Source of the DNA: Escherichia phage RobRod40
Sequence record: OR896835.1
Length of the DNA stretch: 47,574 nt
Strand: one strand, 5' to 3'
Position numbers and translations under genes: made by a program. Of this stretch, positions 37,068 through 44,851 are shown in pieces; positions within the stretch are counted from its first letter, which is position 1; every line of letters starts with the position of its first letter. Below the pieces are notes generated by a model that was given only the letters and a program-made list of their open reading frames with translations, was not told where the DNA came from and did no database searches.

Positions 37068-37432
37068 TAATGTGCGTAGCTTTATCTGGATGCTCAGCAA
37101 CATCTGCTCTGACCGGATTAATTGGCAGTAAGCCAGAGATTAGCGCTCAAGCTGGTGCAGAAAACAATAAGGTTGGTGTTGGGTTAACGAACAAGGTTGA
37201 CTCAAGTAACTCAAGTGAAACCGCGGTTAAAGATTCTAATGTTGGGTCACTGGATAGCTCGAGCGGGAAAAAGACTGCTGAAAACTCGATTAAGGCCTCA
37301 ACAATCACTGCCGAAAAGATTGAGATTACCAACAACGACTCATCCGCACTTCCGTGGATTGGAACAGGAGCTATGGGGTTACTTGTTTTTATCCTCCTGA
37401 CTGCAATATTAAGACGTAAAAAAGCCTCCTGA
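37043..37432 (+). CDS. unimolecular spanin (lipoprotein with C-terminal TMD)
   Basis: Lipobox ALSGC at N-terminus and C-terminal TMD GAMGLLVFILLTAIL followed by RRKK; overlaps endolysin end. Confidence 0.7.
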   Translation: MLKWIAALVMCVALSGCSATSALTGLIGSKPEISAQAGAENNKVGVGLTNKVDSSNSSETAVKDSNVGSLDSSSGKKTAENSIKASTITAEKIEITNNDSSALPWIGTGAMGLLVFILLTAILRRKKAS

Positions 37433-37449
37433 TGGAGGCTATATTTTTA
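37417..37449. terminator. bidirectional terminator between spanin and convergent minus-strand operon
   Basis: AGCCTCC-tgat-GGAGGCT flanked by A-run and T-run. Confidence 0.7.
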
Positions 37450-37782
37450 GCTAAATAACTCGTCGTCAGCCATTGTTCCTACATTCATCATCTCTTTTAT
37501 GTACTTGCTCTCATACCCGCTAAATGCCTCGAAGTTGAAATAAAATGGCCTTTTCAAACTCCCCTTGCTAACAAACTCACCACACTTACCATCAATGTAC
37601 CCAGCAGTTAACATCTTTGCGCAGAACTCCTTTGAAGCAGCGCTGCAAAACTCCCTATGCGATAAACCCGATGCCTTGCTGAACCTCTCAGAGTCCTTAT
37701 GTTGGTATATGAACCGCGCCAAATGCTGGCGCGTAAAGTATGAATACGACTCACAGAAGCGGTATAAATCCAAAATGAACAC
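37447..37782 (-). CDS. hypothetical Cys-rich protein
   Basis: 111-aa ORF last in minus-strand operon; convergent bidirectional terminator. Confidence 0.45.
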   Translation of the reverse strand: MFILDLYRFCESYSYFTRQHLARFIYQHKDSERFSKASGLSHREFCSAASKEFCAKMLTAGYIDGKCGEFVSKGSLKRPFYFNFEAFSGYESKYIKEMMNVGTMADDELFS

Positions 37783-37785
37783 TTA

Positions 37786-39369
37786 TCACCCCAACAGTCG
37801 TGGATTAATGTAAACTTTATCACCAATCAGGCACGTATAGTTTTTCTCATCAAGCATTGGCAGTAAGTGATCTTTAATCTTTGTCATTACACCAGCCTGA
37901 GCCTCAAACGGCTTAACCTTTCGAGCCGCCTCATACAATGAACGAATACCAACTACACCTTTCCCGTTCTTGCCTTGCTTGATCAGTATATCAACCAGCT
38001 TGCTCATCTCAGCATGGTCGCCAGCGTGACCAGCAGCGTTAGCTGATGACAGATAAGTCTTACTCAGTTCCTGGAACATAATTACAGCCTCTTGCATGGT
38101 GTCGAGCTCGATCTCTCTGGACTTCTGTGGACTACCGCCATTTGGGCTGAACCAGTTGCGCACAGTGTGAAGAACAGCTGCAATCCTGATGGCCTGCTTA
38201 TCGAACTTACCCAACGCGCCACGTAACATTGTGTGTGAATACTTCCCGCCATCTGCAAGGTGAGGCTCCATCTCCTGACGCGCACGGTTTAGGTATTTCA
38301 TCGCTGAGTTGCTCACTGTCAGCTTAACATCTTGCTCATTCATTATTTCATGAACTAAAAGGAAGTAATCTGCCTTCAGCCCGCTATTAATTGGTTCGTA
38401 TGTTGAGTTGCCATTCTCATCAACGAATACGCGCTCACCAAGGAATGATTTTTCACGAACCAAAAGGAAGCGTTCAGATACACCGATACCGCGCGCACCA
38501 GCATTCATGATGGCGTTGATTGTTTCATCCTGCGCAATTACAGAGATGCAACCCATAGCAACGAAACTCATGTTATTTTCTGCGTTGGCACGCGCAATGG
38601 ATACGCTACCAGCGTCCCACGCTTTCAGTACAAGTTCGCTGTTCGTTTTCTTCGAGCCATCACCGTAAGTCATGCCAAGAAGTGAGTTGACGCTCGTTGC
38701 CTCATCCGAAATTACCGCAAAGTTGCCCTGGCGGTTGTTTATTCGCGCAAGACCTTCAGGCGTGGTATCTGATACTGGAAATACGATATCACACAGCTTC
38801 TCGAGTTTCTCCTCTAACTCCTCTTTCTCCTCAAAAAGAGAAGCCATCTCAGAGGGTGACTTTTCCTGCTTCATCTCTTTGGACAATGCAGATAGTTTGG
38901 CCATGATCTTTTTGCGCTCACGCTTTCGCACCTCATTCAGTCGCTCATTCTCAGAAATCATCGGAGCAAGGGCTAGTGAGTTGATGGCCGATTTACCCGT
39001 AGATGGTGGCTGACTGGTTACGACATATAGCGACGTTGGCTGCTGTGTGCCGTGATACTCGACAGTAAAGCGCCCAAGCATGGCAGCGGAAATACACCCC
39101 AGGAAGTGCATATAAGCTGAAGATTCGGGAAATTGAACAGAGCGAGCAATGTTAGCTGACAGTTTGCCAACAACATCAACATCATTACCGAGTGAGATTA
39201 CGGGATACTTGTCATTAGCAGCATCAATCTCTACTGGCGCTTTCCAGAATGATTGAGACTGTCGATAGCCATTGGCATTAATAGCCACTCGCAGAGGTGG
39301 AAGGTTGTCTGCGGCAGCAATTGCCATAACCTGCTCAACAGATAGTTTATCTTCGTTGAAATCAAACAT
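37786..39369 (-). CDS. P-loop containing protein (long paralog of 42539..43063)
   Basis: 527 aa; Walker A-like QPPSTGKS; N-terminal ~40 aa and C-terminal ~65 aa align with the 174-aa + strand protein; extended -10 promoter and GGAGAG RBS. Confidence 0.6.
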   Translation of the reverse strand: MFDFNEDKLSVEQVMAIAAADNLPPLRVAINANGYRQSQSFWKAPVEIDAANDKYPVISLGNDVDVVGKLSANIARSVQFPESSAYMHFLGCISAAMLGRFTVEYHGTQQPTSLYVVTSQPPSTGKSAINSLALAPMISENERLNEVRKRERKKIMAKLSALSKEMKQEKSPSEMASLFEEKEELEEKLEKLCDIVFPVSDTTPEGLARINNRQGNFAVISDEATSVNSLLGMTYGDGSKKTNSELVLKAWDAGSVSIARANAENNMSFVAMGCISVIAQDETINAIMNAGARGIGVSERFLLVREKSFLGERVFVDENGNSTYEPINSGLKADYFLLVHEIMNEQDVKLTVSNSAMKYLNRARQEMEPHLADGGKYSHTMLRGALGKFDKQAIRIAAVLHTVRNWFSPNGGSPQKSREIELDTMQEAVIMFQELSKTYLSSANAAGHAGDHAEMSKLVDILIKQGKNGKGVVGIRSLYEAARKVKPFEAQAGVMTKIKDHLLPMLDEKNYTCLIGDKVYINPRLLG

Positions 39370-39399
39370 TATTTCTCTCCGTGTTGTTTCTGAGCGGAC

Positions 39400-39443
39400 A
39401 TTATATCAACGACCGCTTTTAATTCATTATCAATTTGTGCTAT
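39400..39443 (-). promoter_or_regulatory. conserved promoter-like module on minus strand (ATAGCAC-aaa-TTGATAAT, 22 bp, TGaTATAAT)
   Basis: Extended -10 TGnTATAAT; precedes 527-aa P-loop gene. Confidence 0.6.
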
Positions 39444-39794
39444 TTAAATGTATTGCACCTCGAAATGGTAAGTCTGGCAAAGAGTGTAAAATCCAACATC
39501 CTCGCTACGGTAAAGCTGCCAAGCGTTGCCATCTTCATCGTAAATGTAACCCGCAGATTGACCAAGACCAGCATGAAGATTAACTTGATATCGCTTTCCT
39601 TCTTTGAAGTCTTTTTTAACTCCTGACTTGTGGTTAACCTTCGTACAGTAAATCGTCTTCGTCTTGATGTACCTACCGCGTTCTTCCAGGTTAACCCATT
39701 TACCATCTTTCTTGATTTGCTCTACACCGTCTTTAACACGAGCTTTGTATAATACGTTTTCGTTGCTAATGAAGTTTTTAGTTGTTGCTGTCAT
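39444..39794 (-). CDS. hypothetical protein
   Basis: 116-aa ORF with its own promoter-like module. Confidence 0.5.
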   Translation of the reverse strand: MTATTKNFISNENVLYKARVKDGVEQIKKDGKWVNLEERGRYIKTKTIYCTKVNHKSGVKKDFKEGKRYQVNLHAGLGQSAGYIYDEDGNAWQLYRSEDVGFYTLCQTYHFEVQYI

Positions 39795-39830
39795 TTTGAT
39801 TTCCTTTGCGTGCTTCGTTTCGATGAGATG

Positions 39831-39874
39831 AATATACAGGAAAAGCCCCGAAGGGCTTTAGCAATTAGTGCTAT
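39831..39874 (-). promoter_or_regulatory. conserved promoter-like module on minus strand (ATAGCAC-taa-TTGCTAAA, 22 bp, TATATT)
   Basis: Terminator hairpin sits inside the 22-bp spacer; leader CATCTCATCGAAACGAAG. Confidence 0.6.
39840..39858 (-). terminator. terminator-like hairpin embedded in a promoter-module spacer (minus strand)
   Basis: Minus-strand AGCCC-ttcg-GGGCT then TTTT, lying between the TTGCTAAA motif and the -10-like hexamer. Confidence 0.5.
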
Positions 39875-39875
39875 T

Positions 39876-40550
39876 TTAGCTGTTGGCGAGGTATACAGCA
39901 CGGGCGAACCCGCGCGGGGTTAGAGAGCGCAACTGCTTAGTCTTAGCAGACTTCCCGCCGAGGTACTTCCATCCCCAAAAGAAACCGATGTTAATCGGCC
40001 CGTGATTCTTCACTGGCTCAACGAATCCGTTGCCATGCCAGATGCAAGTTTTCTTGGTGTAGCCGTCGTATTTTGGCATTTTTTCGTGGTATGGCAGATC
40101 ATGAGCATTCATTAGCCCGCCGTACTCATACGGGTTGAAATAGAAATCAGGCTTACGCCACATGCTTGACAGCTTGCCTACCGGGTTTTCAACCATCCAT
40201 GGAGCCTGGAAGTAATTACCAACCTCTTCGACGAGCTTAGCATTATCCAGTGCATACGCCAGTTCATCTTCCCCGCGCTCATGCTGTGATCCTGACTGAG
40301 AGAACAGTGTGCAATCAGGAAATCCGATAACCATTTGCGCCGGAGGCAGGCCAAGTAATTCACACTTAGTGATGAAATCTTTGTCTATCCACATGTTGAT
40401 GTAGTGAATATTCTCATGCTGCATCTTGATTTGATATTCGCCATGATTACCAGAATCCGCGTTGAAACAGTAGACGGTGTGACCATTCTCAGCCCATGGC
40501 AGGCCAGCGATACCTGAACCATCAAACAGACAGTAAATTACCTTTTTCAT
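39876..40550 (-). CDS. putative compact DNA (cytosine-5) methyltransferase-like protein
   Basis: Motif I-like LFDGSGIAG, motif IV-like GFPDCTLFSQSG, motif VI-like ENPVG, C-terminal RSLTPRGFARA; unusually short at 224 aa. Confidence 0.4.
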   Translation of the reverse strand: MKKVIYCLFDGSGIAGLPWAENGHTVYCFNADSGNHGEYQIKMQHENIHYINMWIDKDFITKCELLGLPPAQMVIGFPDCTLFSQSGSQHERGEDELAYALDNAKLVEEVGNYFQAPWMVENPVGKLSSMWRKPDFYFNPYEYGGLMNAHDLPYHEKMPKYDGYTKKTCIWHGNGFVEPVKNHGPINIGFFWGWKYLGGKSAKTKQLRSLTPRGFARAVYLANS

Positions 40551-40699
40551 TTCTTCTTTGCCTTCTCAATTGCTTTTTGGATGATATTGAAGCTCTCAAT
40601 CAAATCTTCTTTAAAGTAGTCACCAACAGGCCAACCTTTGCAGCTGTATTTGGCTATGGTTTCTAGATCGTAATAGTTCAAGTCAGATGGTTTAAGCAT
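40547..40699 (-). CDS. small hypothetical protein (50 aa)
   Basis: Below track cutoff; TAATG and ATGA overlaps with neighbours. Confidence 0.35.
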   Translation of the reverse strand: MLKPSDLNYYDLETIAKYSCKGWPVGDYFKEDLIESFNIIQKAIEKAKKK

Positions 40700-40938
40700 T
40701 ACTTCACCTCGTCAAAAGTTGCGATGCCAGGGATAAACATACCAACCTTCCAACCAGCGATAGCAACCCACCCAGAATCGTGCTTGTGCGGTCGCTCGGC
40801 GCCATTAATCAACCACTCGTTCGGGATTACCTTCCCGTTAATAATTAGCGACTCAGCGTCGTATAAGGAGCCTTTTACGAATGGAGTAAGAGCCTTCTTG
40901 TCGGTGCTGGTGATGCAATTAGTGCAGCGAATTTTCAT
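40699..40938 (-). CDS. hypothetical protein
   Basis: 79-aa ORF in minus-strand operon. Confidence 0.5.
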   Translation of the reverse strand: MKIRCTNCITSTDKKALTPFVKGSLYDAESLIINGKVIPNEWLINGAERPHKHDSGWVAIAGWKVGMFIPGIATFDEVK

Positions 40939-40948
40939 ATCTCAATTC

Positions 40949-41128
40949 TCAAATAAATGGTAAACATTCGACGCAGCCAAGACCATCGCAGCACAGGAAT
41001 TCATCCTCTGACTGGAATTGCTTAGCCAAATCAATATCCAACCTTCCGCGCACTACAAGTTCGGTGTAATCTTCGTTAAGCCCAATCAGTGCGCATTCGT
41101 GACGTAACTCATCTTTGCTGTTCATCAT
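40949..41128 (-). CDS. small Cys-rich hypothetical protein (59 aa)
   Basis: C-terminal CCDGLGCVEC cluster; ATGA overlap with upstream small ORF. Confidence 0.35.
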   Translation of the reverse strand: MMNSKDELRHECALIGLNEDYTELVVRGRLDIDLAKQFQSEDEFLCCDGLGCVECLPFI

Positions 41129-41304
41129 TTTTGCAACTCCGCTTCGTAGTATTCGTATGAATTGAACTTATCGATTTCGTTCATCTTCTCGCAAACCTGC
41201 TCTGCCATCTGCTCACTTAGGCATACGCAGTGGACGGCTGTGTCGTAATCCGGATCACGCGGTTCAGAAATCACGACGTAGCAATACATTTTTACAGTGC
41301 TCAT
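41125..41304 (-). CDS. small hypothetical protein (59 aa)
   Basis: First ORF of minus-strand operon; RBS GGAGAAAA; ~40 bp downstream of promoter-like module. Confidence 0.35.
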   Translation of the reverse strand: MSTVKMYCYVVISEPRDPDYDTAVHCVCLSEQMAEQVCEKMNEIDKFNSYEYYEAELQK

Positions 41305-41345
41305 TTATTTTCTCCAGTTCTCTTCACTCATTTCGATGAGCTAAC

Positions 41346-41389
41346 TATATCCTCCCCGACTGATAATGTCTTTAACAAAAAGTGCTATT
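41346..41389 (-). promoter_or_regulatory. promoter-like module on minus strand (ATAGCAC-ttt-TTGTTAAA, ~22-23 bp, TATAGT-like)
   Basis: Leader TAGCTCATCGAAATGAG; adjacent to inverted-repeat operator array; precedes minus-strand operon. Confidence 0.5.
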
Positions 41390-41407
41390 CGTTGGATTTA
41401 CGTATTG

Positions 41408-41470
41408 TTGCAGATATTGCAATGATTCACATGATTATTGCACATAAAGCAATATTGCTTCAGATGCAAT
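41408..41470. promoter_or_regulatory. inverted-repeat operator-like array
   Basis: TTGCA-N5-TGCAA (41408-41422) and two abutting ATTGC-N7-GCAAT sites (41437-41453, 41454-41470) just upstream of minus-strand promoter module. Confidence 0.4.
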
Positions 41471-41630
41471 GATGTTTTTGATTGTTGCGAAAATTGAAAT
41501 GAAGTGGTGAGTGAGTGAATGAAAGATGGATGGACTACCATACAAGTTGATTTTTATTCTGGCTGAGCCATTTTCATGCTTACGCGTAAACGAAATAACT
41601 AGCTGTATGCCATTTGCGTCCGCGGGAAAT

Positions 41631-41660
41631 CGTATACGCATGATACGCAGCGATACGCAC
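41631..41660. repeat. iteron-like direct repeats (3 x ATACGC at ~10-bp period)
   Basis: cgtATACGCa / tgATACGCag / cgATACGCac. Confidence 0.5.
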
Positions 41661-41728
41661 TAGTTACATTAAAACATCCTTATATAACAACCATTTATCT
41701 ATATTATTATTATTATTATATATATATG
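41661..41728. repeat. AT-rich module CTAGTTACATTAAAAC...(TAT)6(AT)n, copy 2
   Basis: Homologous to 23345-23405; (TAT)6 at 41702-41719. Confidence 0.6.
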
Positions 41729-41947
41729 TATGCTATGTAAGCCATGTCATATGGTGAAGTTGATATATTTCTATGATTTATTCCTACACATGTAGGAATG
41801 AGACTACTTTGTAGGAATGAAAAGGCATATATAGGCATGAATCTCCAAAAAGTTGGCATACATGGCACACGCAGCCATTTACACCAGTCATGTCGAGCAC
41901 TATTCCCAAATAAACGTAGGCAATCGCCATTGATACACAAATTAACG

Positions 41948-41976
41948 TTGACTTACAGGTTAACCATCAATATAAT
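41948..41976 (+). promoter_or_regulatory. near-consensus sigma70-type promoter (TTGACT-17-TATAAT)
   Basis: Canonical hexamers and spacing upstream of 42015 operon; followed by ATCATCGAAACAACAAACGA leader. Confidence 0.6.
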
Positions 41977-42014
41977 GACAATCATCGAAACAACAAACGA
42001 AAAGAGGATATACA

Positions 42015-42539
42015 ATGAGCGTTAAAACATTGGGTGCAGTTATTCGATATATGATTGACCAGGCGATTGAGTCTGAAGATAAGTCATTCACAGTACGGCT
42101 TCGTGATATCGCAAGAGCGACAACGGGAATAAACCCAAAATCATTAAGTGATGATGAGATAGTTGAGTTCGAAAAGGTCAAGGGCCTTAAAAGTTCATAC
42201 ATTTATAATACAGCCTCCAGGGTTCAGCGATTGCAGGAACTAAACCTCAGGGCAAAATATGAGATGGTATTCGTCAATGAAGATGGCGAAATACAAAGTG
42301 GCTCTTCTGTTGTCGACGGGCTTGGTTACAGAGCAATGCGAATCTTCCTTGTTGAGGGTGCTGTGAAGCCAGTTTGCCGAGCAAGGGCCGACTCAGAGAA
42401 CGAGGCTATGGCGGTTGAAAGATTCAAGTCCAGGCTTCTTAAGCTTTCACCAAGCGTTGCCGGCCTGGAAGGTGATGAACTTAAGGGCGCTGTGGCAATG
42501 ATTAACGCCTATCAGGAAATGATTAAGGAGACCAAATAA
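42015..42539 (+). CDS. hypothetical protein (first gene of + operon beside iteron region)
   Basis: 174-aa ORF immediately downstream of near-consensus sigma70 promoter and AT-rich iteron module. Confidence 0.55.
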   Translation: MSVKTLGAVIRYMIDQAIESEDKSFTVRLRDIARATTGINPKSLSDDEIVEFEKVKGLKSSYIYNTASRVQRLQELNLRAKYEMVFVNEDGEIQSGSSVVDGLGYRAMRIFLVEGAVKPVCRARADSENEAMAVERFKSRLLKLSPSVAGLEGDELKGAVAMINAYQEMIKETK

Positions 42540-43063
42540 TGTTTGATTTTACCGAAGAGAGGCTGACAGATGAGCAGATTATGGGTATTGCGAAGCAGGA
42601 TGGGATTCCCCCGATACGGGTTGCAATCAATGCTAACGGGTATCGGCATGTTCAGCACCTCTGGGGTCAGCCTGATTCATCTGAAGTATACATAGATGAA
42701 GATCTTGGCGTTCTGATTAAGTTGCTCAGGAAAATGGCAAGGAACGGAAAGGGAGTATTGGGGGTGAGGTCTTTATACGAAACCGCGCGCAAGGTTAAGC
42801 CATTTGAGGGTCGCAATGGAATCATGGCGTGCATTAAGGATGAACTAATCCCCGCTCTAGAGGAAATGAATCTCGCTTGCCTCATTGGAGATAAGATTTA
42901 TGTCCACCCGGCTATCATTGATGAGTATTGGCAGCCTAACTTCAAAACTTACGAAGCTGAGCACGTTAGTAGACTACCATACCACTTACGGTACAGTGAG
43001 GAGGAGGTGGAGAGAACGATGGAGTTCTACCGGAAAGCTAAATCACTTCTGAACGGTGAATAG
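42539..43063 (+). CDS. short paralog of the 527-aa P-loop protein (lacks central domain)
   Basis: MFDFTEERLTDEQIMGIAKQDGIPPIRVAINANGYR and NGKGVLGVRSLYETARKVKPFEG segments match N- and C-terminal segments of 37786..39369. Confidence 0.6.
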   Translation: MFDFTEERLTDEQIMGIAKQDGIPPIRVAINANGYRHVQHLWGQPDSSEVYIDEDLGVLIKLLRKMARNGKGVLGVRSLYETARKVKPFEGRNGIMACIKDELIPALEEMNLACLIGDKIYVHPAIIDEYWQPNFKTYEAEHVSRLPYHLRYSEEEVERTMEFYRKAKSLLNGE

Positions 43064-43103
43064 CACGAATTGCCAAACCTTCCGCAAGGCCATTTGATAT
43101 AGT
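43060..43103 (+). promoter_or_regulatory. conserved promoter-like module (ATAGCAC-gaa-TTGCCAAA, 22 bp, TATAGT)
   Basis: Stop TAG embedded; spacer palindrome CCTTccgcAAGG. Confidence 0.55.
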
Positions 43104-43142
43104 ATCTCTTGTCGAGTGAACGCAAACAAATGAGGATTTAAC

Positions 43143-43886
43143 ATGAACAGATATGAGCCACGCATCTATCAGACACTATCAGGCTATTTTTCAGCCGCAA
43201 TGAGACGCCACTACAATGGAACGTACATCACCTACGAATCGCATAAGCAGGAAATTGAGTATCTACAGGCGCGTTTAAAGGCGTTAGAATCGAAGCAAAA
43301 AGACTCGATTTCAATCTCTTCAATTATTGCCGAGCACGTAGATGATGCGATTCGTAAATCCATTGGCGAGGCTGTTCACCAGGCAATTGATGAGATGTTC
43401 AAGGCTGAGTACAAATACAATGGCGATCCGTGCCATAGCGCAGTTGACTCAATCCTGGATGAGCTGGCTGTCGCCCCTGGTAAAACAGTTAAGGATGACA
43501 CCTATAGCGTCGCCGATGGATTGACGAAGAACGGTAAATTCACTTTCGGTAGTAATTTCGGTGAAGGAAAGGAGTTTACAATGCCAGTAGGCGAAACCGA
43601 ATCAGAGCATGGTCGCAAGGTGGCTGTTTGTTACTACGTTGCAGGCAATGCAAACGCATTCATCAAAGGCTGTGAGTATGAGTATGAAGTTGATGAATGT
43701 GAACCTGGGTGTGAGCCTCGAATCATTCATATCGTTCAAGATGCCTTCGTTTCTGATTTAAAATGTGAGCAACGATGGGATGCAAGAAAAGTCGGTGAAT
43801 TCAGGGATGCAAACGGCAAACTTGGTGACGCATACGTCATCGTTAAGCCTGGCGGCGGAGTTGTAGCTCAATTTTATATCAAATAG
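43143..43886 (+). CDS. hypothetical protein
   Basis: 247-aa ORF with promoter-like module upstream; Cys pairs near C-terminus. Confidence 0.55.
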   Translation: MNRYEPRIYQTLSGYFSAAMRRHYNGTYITYESHKQEIEYLQARLKALESKQKDSISISSIIAEHVDDAIRKSIGEAVHQAIDEMFKAEYKYNGDPCHSAVDSILDELAVAPGKTVKDDTYSVADGLTKNGKFTFGSNFGEGKEFTMPVGETESEHGRKVAVCYYVAGNANAFIKGCEYEYEVDECEPGCEPRIIHIVQDAFVSDLKCEQRWDARKVGEFRDANGKLGDAYVIVKPGGGVVAQFYIK

Positions 43887-43926
43887 CACGTTTTGTTAAA
43901 AGGGGATTCATCCTGACCGGTATAAT
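43883..43926 (+). promoter_or_regulatory. conserved promoter-like module (ATAGCAC-gtt-TTGTTAAA, 22 bp, TATAAT)
   Basis: Palindrome GGGGATT...AATCCCC spans -10; stop TAG embedded. Confidence 0.6.
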
Positions 43927-43998
43927 CCCCGCATCAACCACACTAATGGAAGTCAAGTGACGATATACGAACATAAATTTAGTAGCAGGGGTATTGAT

Positions 43999-44082
43999 AT
44001 GCTCCTGCATTATGTAGACGAAAAATACGCAAAGCTCATGCTTAAGACGCATGGCGGCACAATAACGAGGATTGAGATATGA
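43999..44082 (+). CDS. very small ORF (27 aa), speculative
   Basis: RBS AGGGG; ATGA overlap with next gene start. Confidence 0.2.
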   Translation: MLLHYVDEKYAKLMLKTHGGTITRIEI

Positions 44083-44327
44083 GCAAATACGACCGCAAGA
44101 TTATTGGCATTGATGGAACGGTAACAACAGTAGATGTTTATCGTGTTCTTGATGCGTTTGGCGTATCTGACCCAGCAACGCAGCACGCGATAAAAAAGAT
44201 GCTTTTTACTGGTCAGCGTGGTCACAAAGATTACCTTACTGATCTTAATGACTCGATTGATTCATTGCAGAAGGCTAAAGAGCTTTACGGGCAGAAGATT
44301 ATTTATGAGTCTGGCAACCAACTATAG
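44079..44327 (+). CDS. hypothetical protein
   Basis: 82-aa ORF. Confidence 0.5.
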   Translation: MSKYDRKIIGIDGTVTTVDVYRVLDAFGVSDPATQHAIKKMLFTGQRGHKDYLTDLNDSIDSLQKAKELYGQKIIYESGNQL

Positions 44328-44334
44328 ATGGTAA

Positions 44335-44378
44335 ACAGCACGAATTGCTAAACACGCTACGGCTGGTTTTTTTATAGT
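44335..44378 (+). promoter_or_regulatory. conserved promoter-like module (ACAGCAC-gaa-TTGCTAAA, 22 bp, TATAGT)
   Basis: Leader TAGTTCATACCAAACGAGAGG. Confidence 0.55.
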
Positions 44379-44407
44379 TAGTTCATACCAAACGAGAGGA
44401 AAGCAAG

Positions 44408-44638
44408 ATGATTACTATCAACCTGTCAGATAAGCAAGCCGCCATACTGAAACAACTACTAGCCAGCCAGACTATGCAGTGCTCTGCCGATGAGTACTAC
44501 GAGATGGTCAAAGAAGTTGGCACACAGATCAACAACCAGCAGTTTGACGTCAGTGACTTTGAGTTATCGCGTCAATATGAGGCGCTTAGCGTAAATGCTG
44601 CGTACATGGAGGGCTGGGATAAGGCGACTAAGAAATGA
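44408..44638 (+). CDS. hypothetical protein
   Basis: 76-aa ORF, RBS GAGAGGAAAG, promoter-like module upstream. Confidence 0.5.
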   Translation: MITINLSDKQAAILKQLLASQTMQCSADEYYEMVKEVGTQINNQQFDVSDFELSRQYEALSVNAAYMEGWDKATKK

Positions 44639-44781
44639 TTTACATCCACACGTACTACACTGGTAAGTTTAACAGCGTTAAGCATGTTCGTGTTTATGAA
44701 TCCATAATTGATGCACTCAAGCAGCAGGCAGTTCTTGGTGGTACAATTAAGTACTGTGAAGTAATCCAAGAATACAAATAG
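44635..44781 (+). CDS. small hypothetical protein (48 aa)
   Basis: ATGA overlap with upstream gene; stop TAG embedded in next promoter-like module. Confidence 0.35.
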   Translation: MIYIHTYYTGKFNSVKHVRVYESIIDALKQQAVLGGTIKYCEVIQEYK

Positions 44782-44821
44782 CACTAATTGTTAAAATAGC
44801 ATTGGGGTAATTTGTTATAGT
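44778..44821 (+). promoter_or_regulatory. conserved promoter-like module (ATAGCAC-taa-TTGTTAAA, 22 bp, TATAGT)
   Basis: Palindrome GGGGTAatttgttatagtTACCCC spans -10; leader CATCGAAGCGA. Confidence 0.6.
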
Positions 44822-44851
44822 TACCCCATCGAAGCGAATGAGGACAAACAG

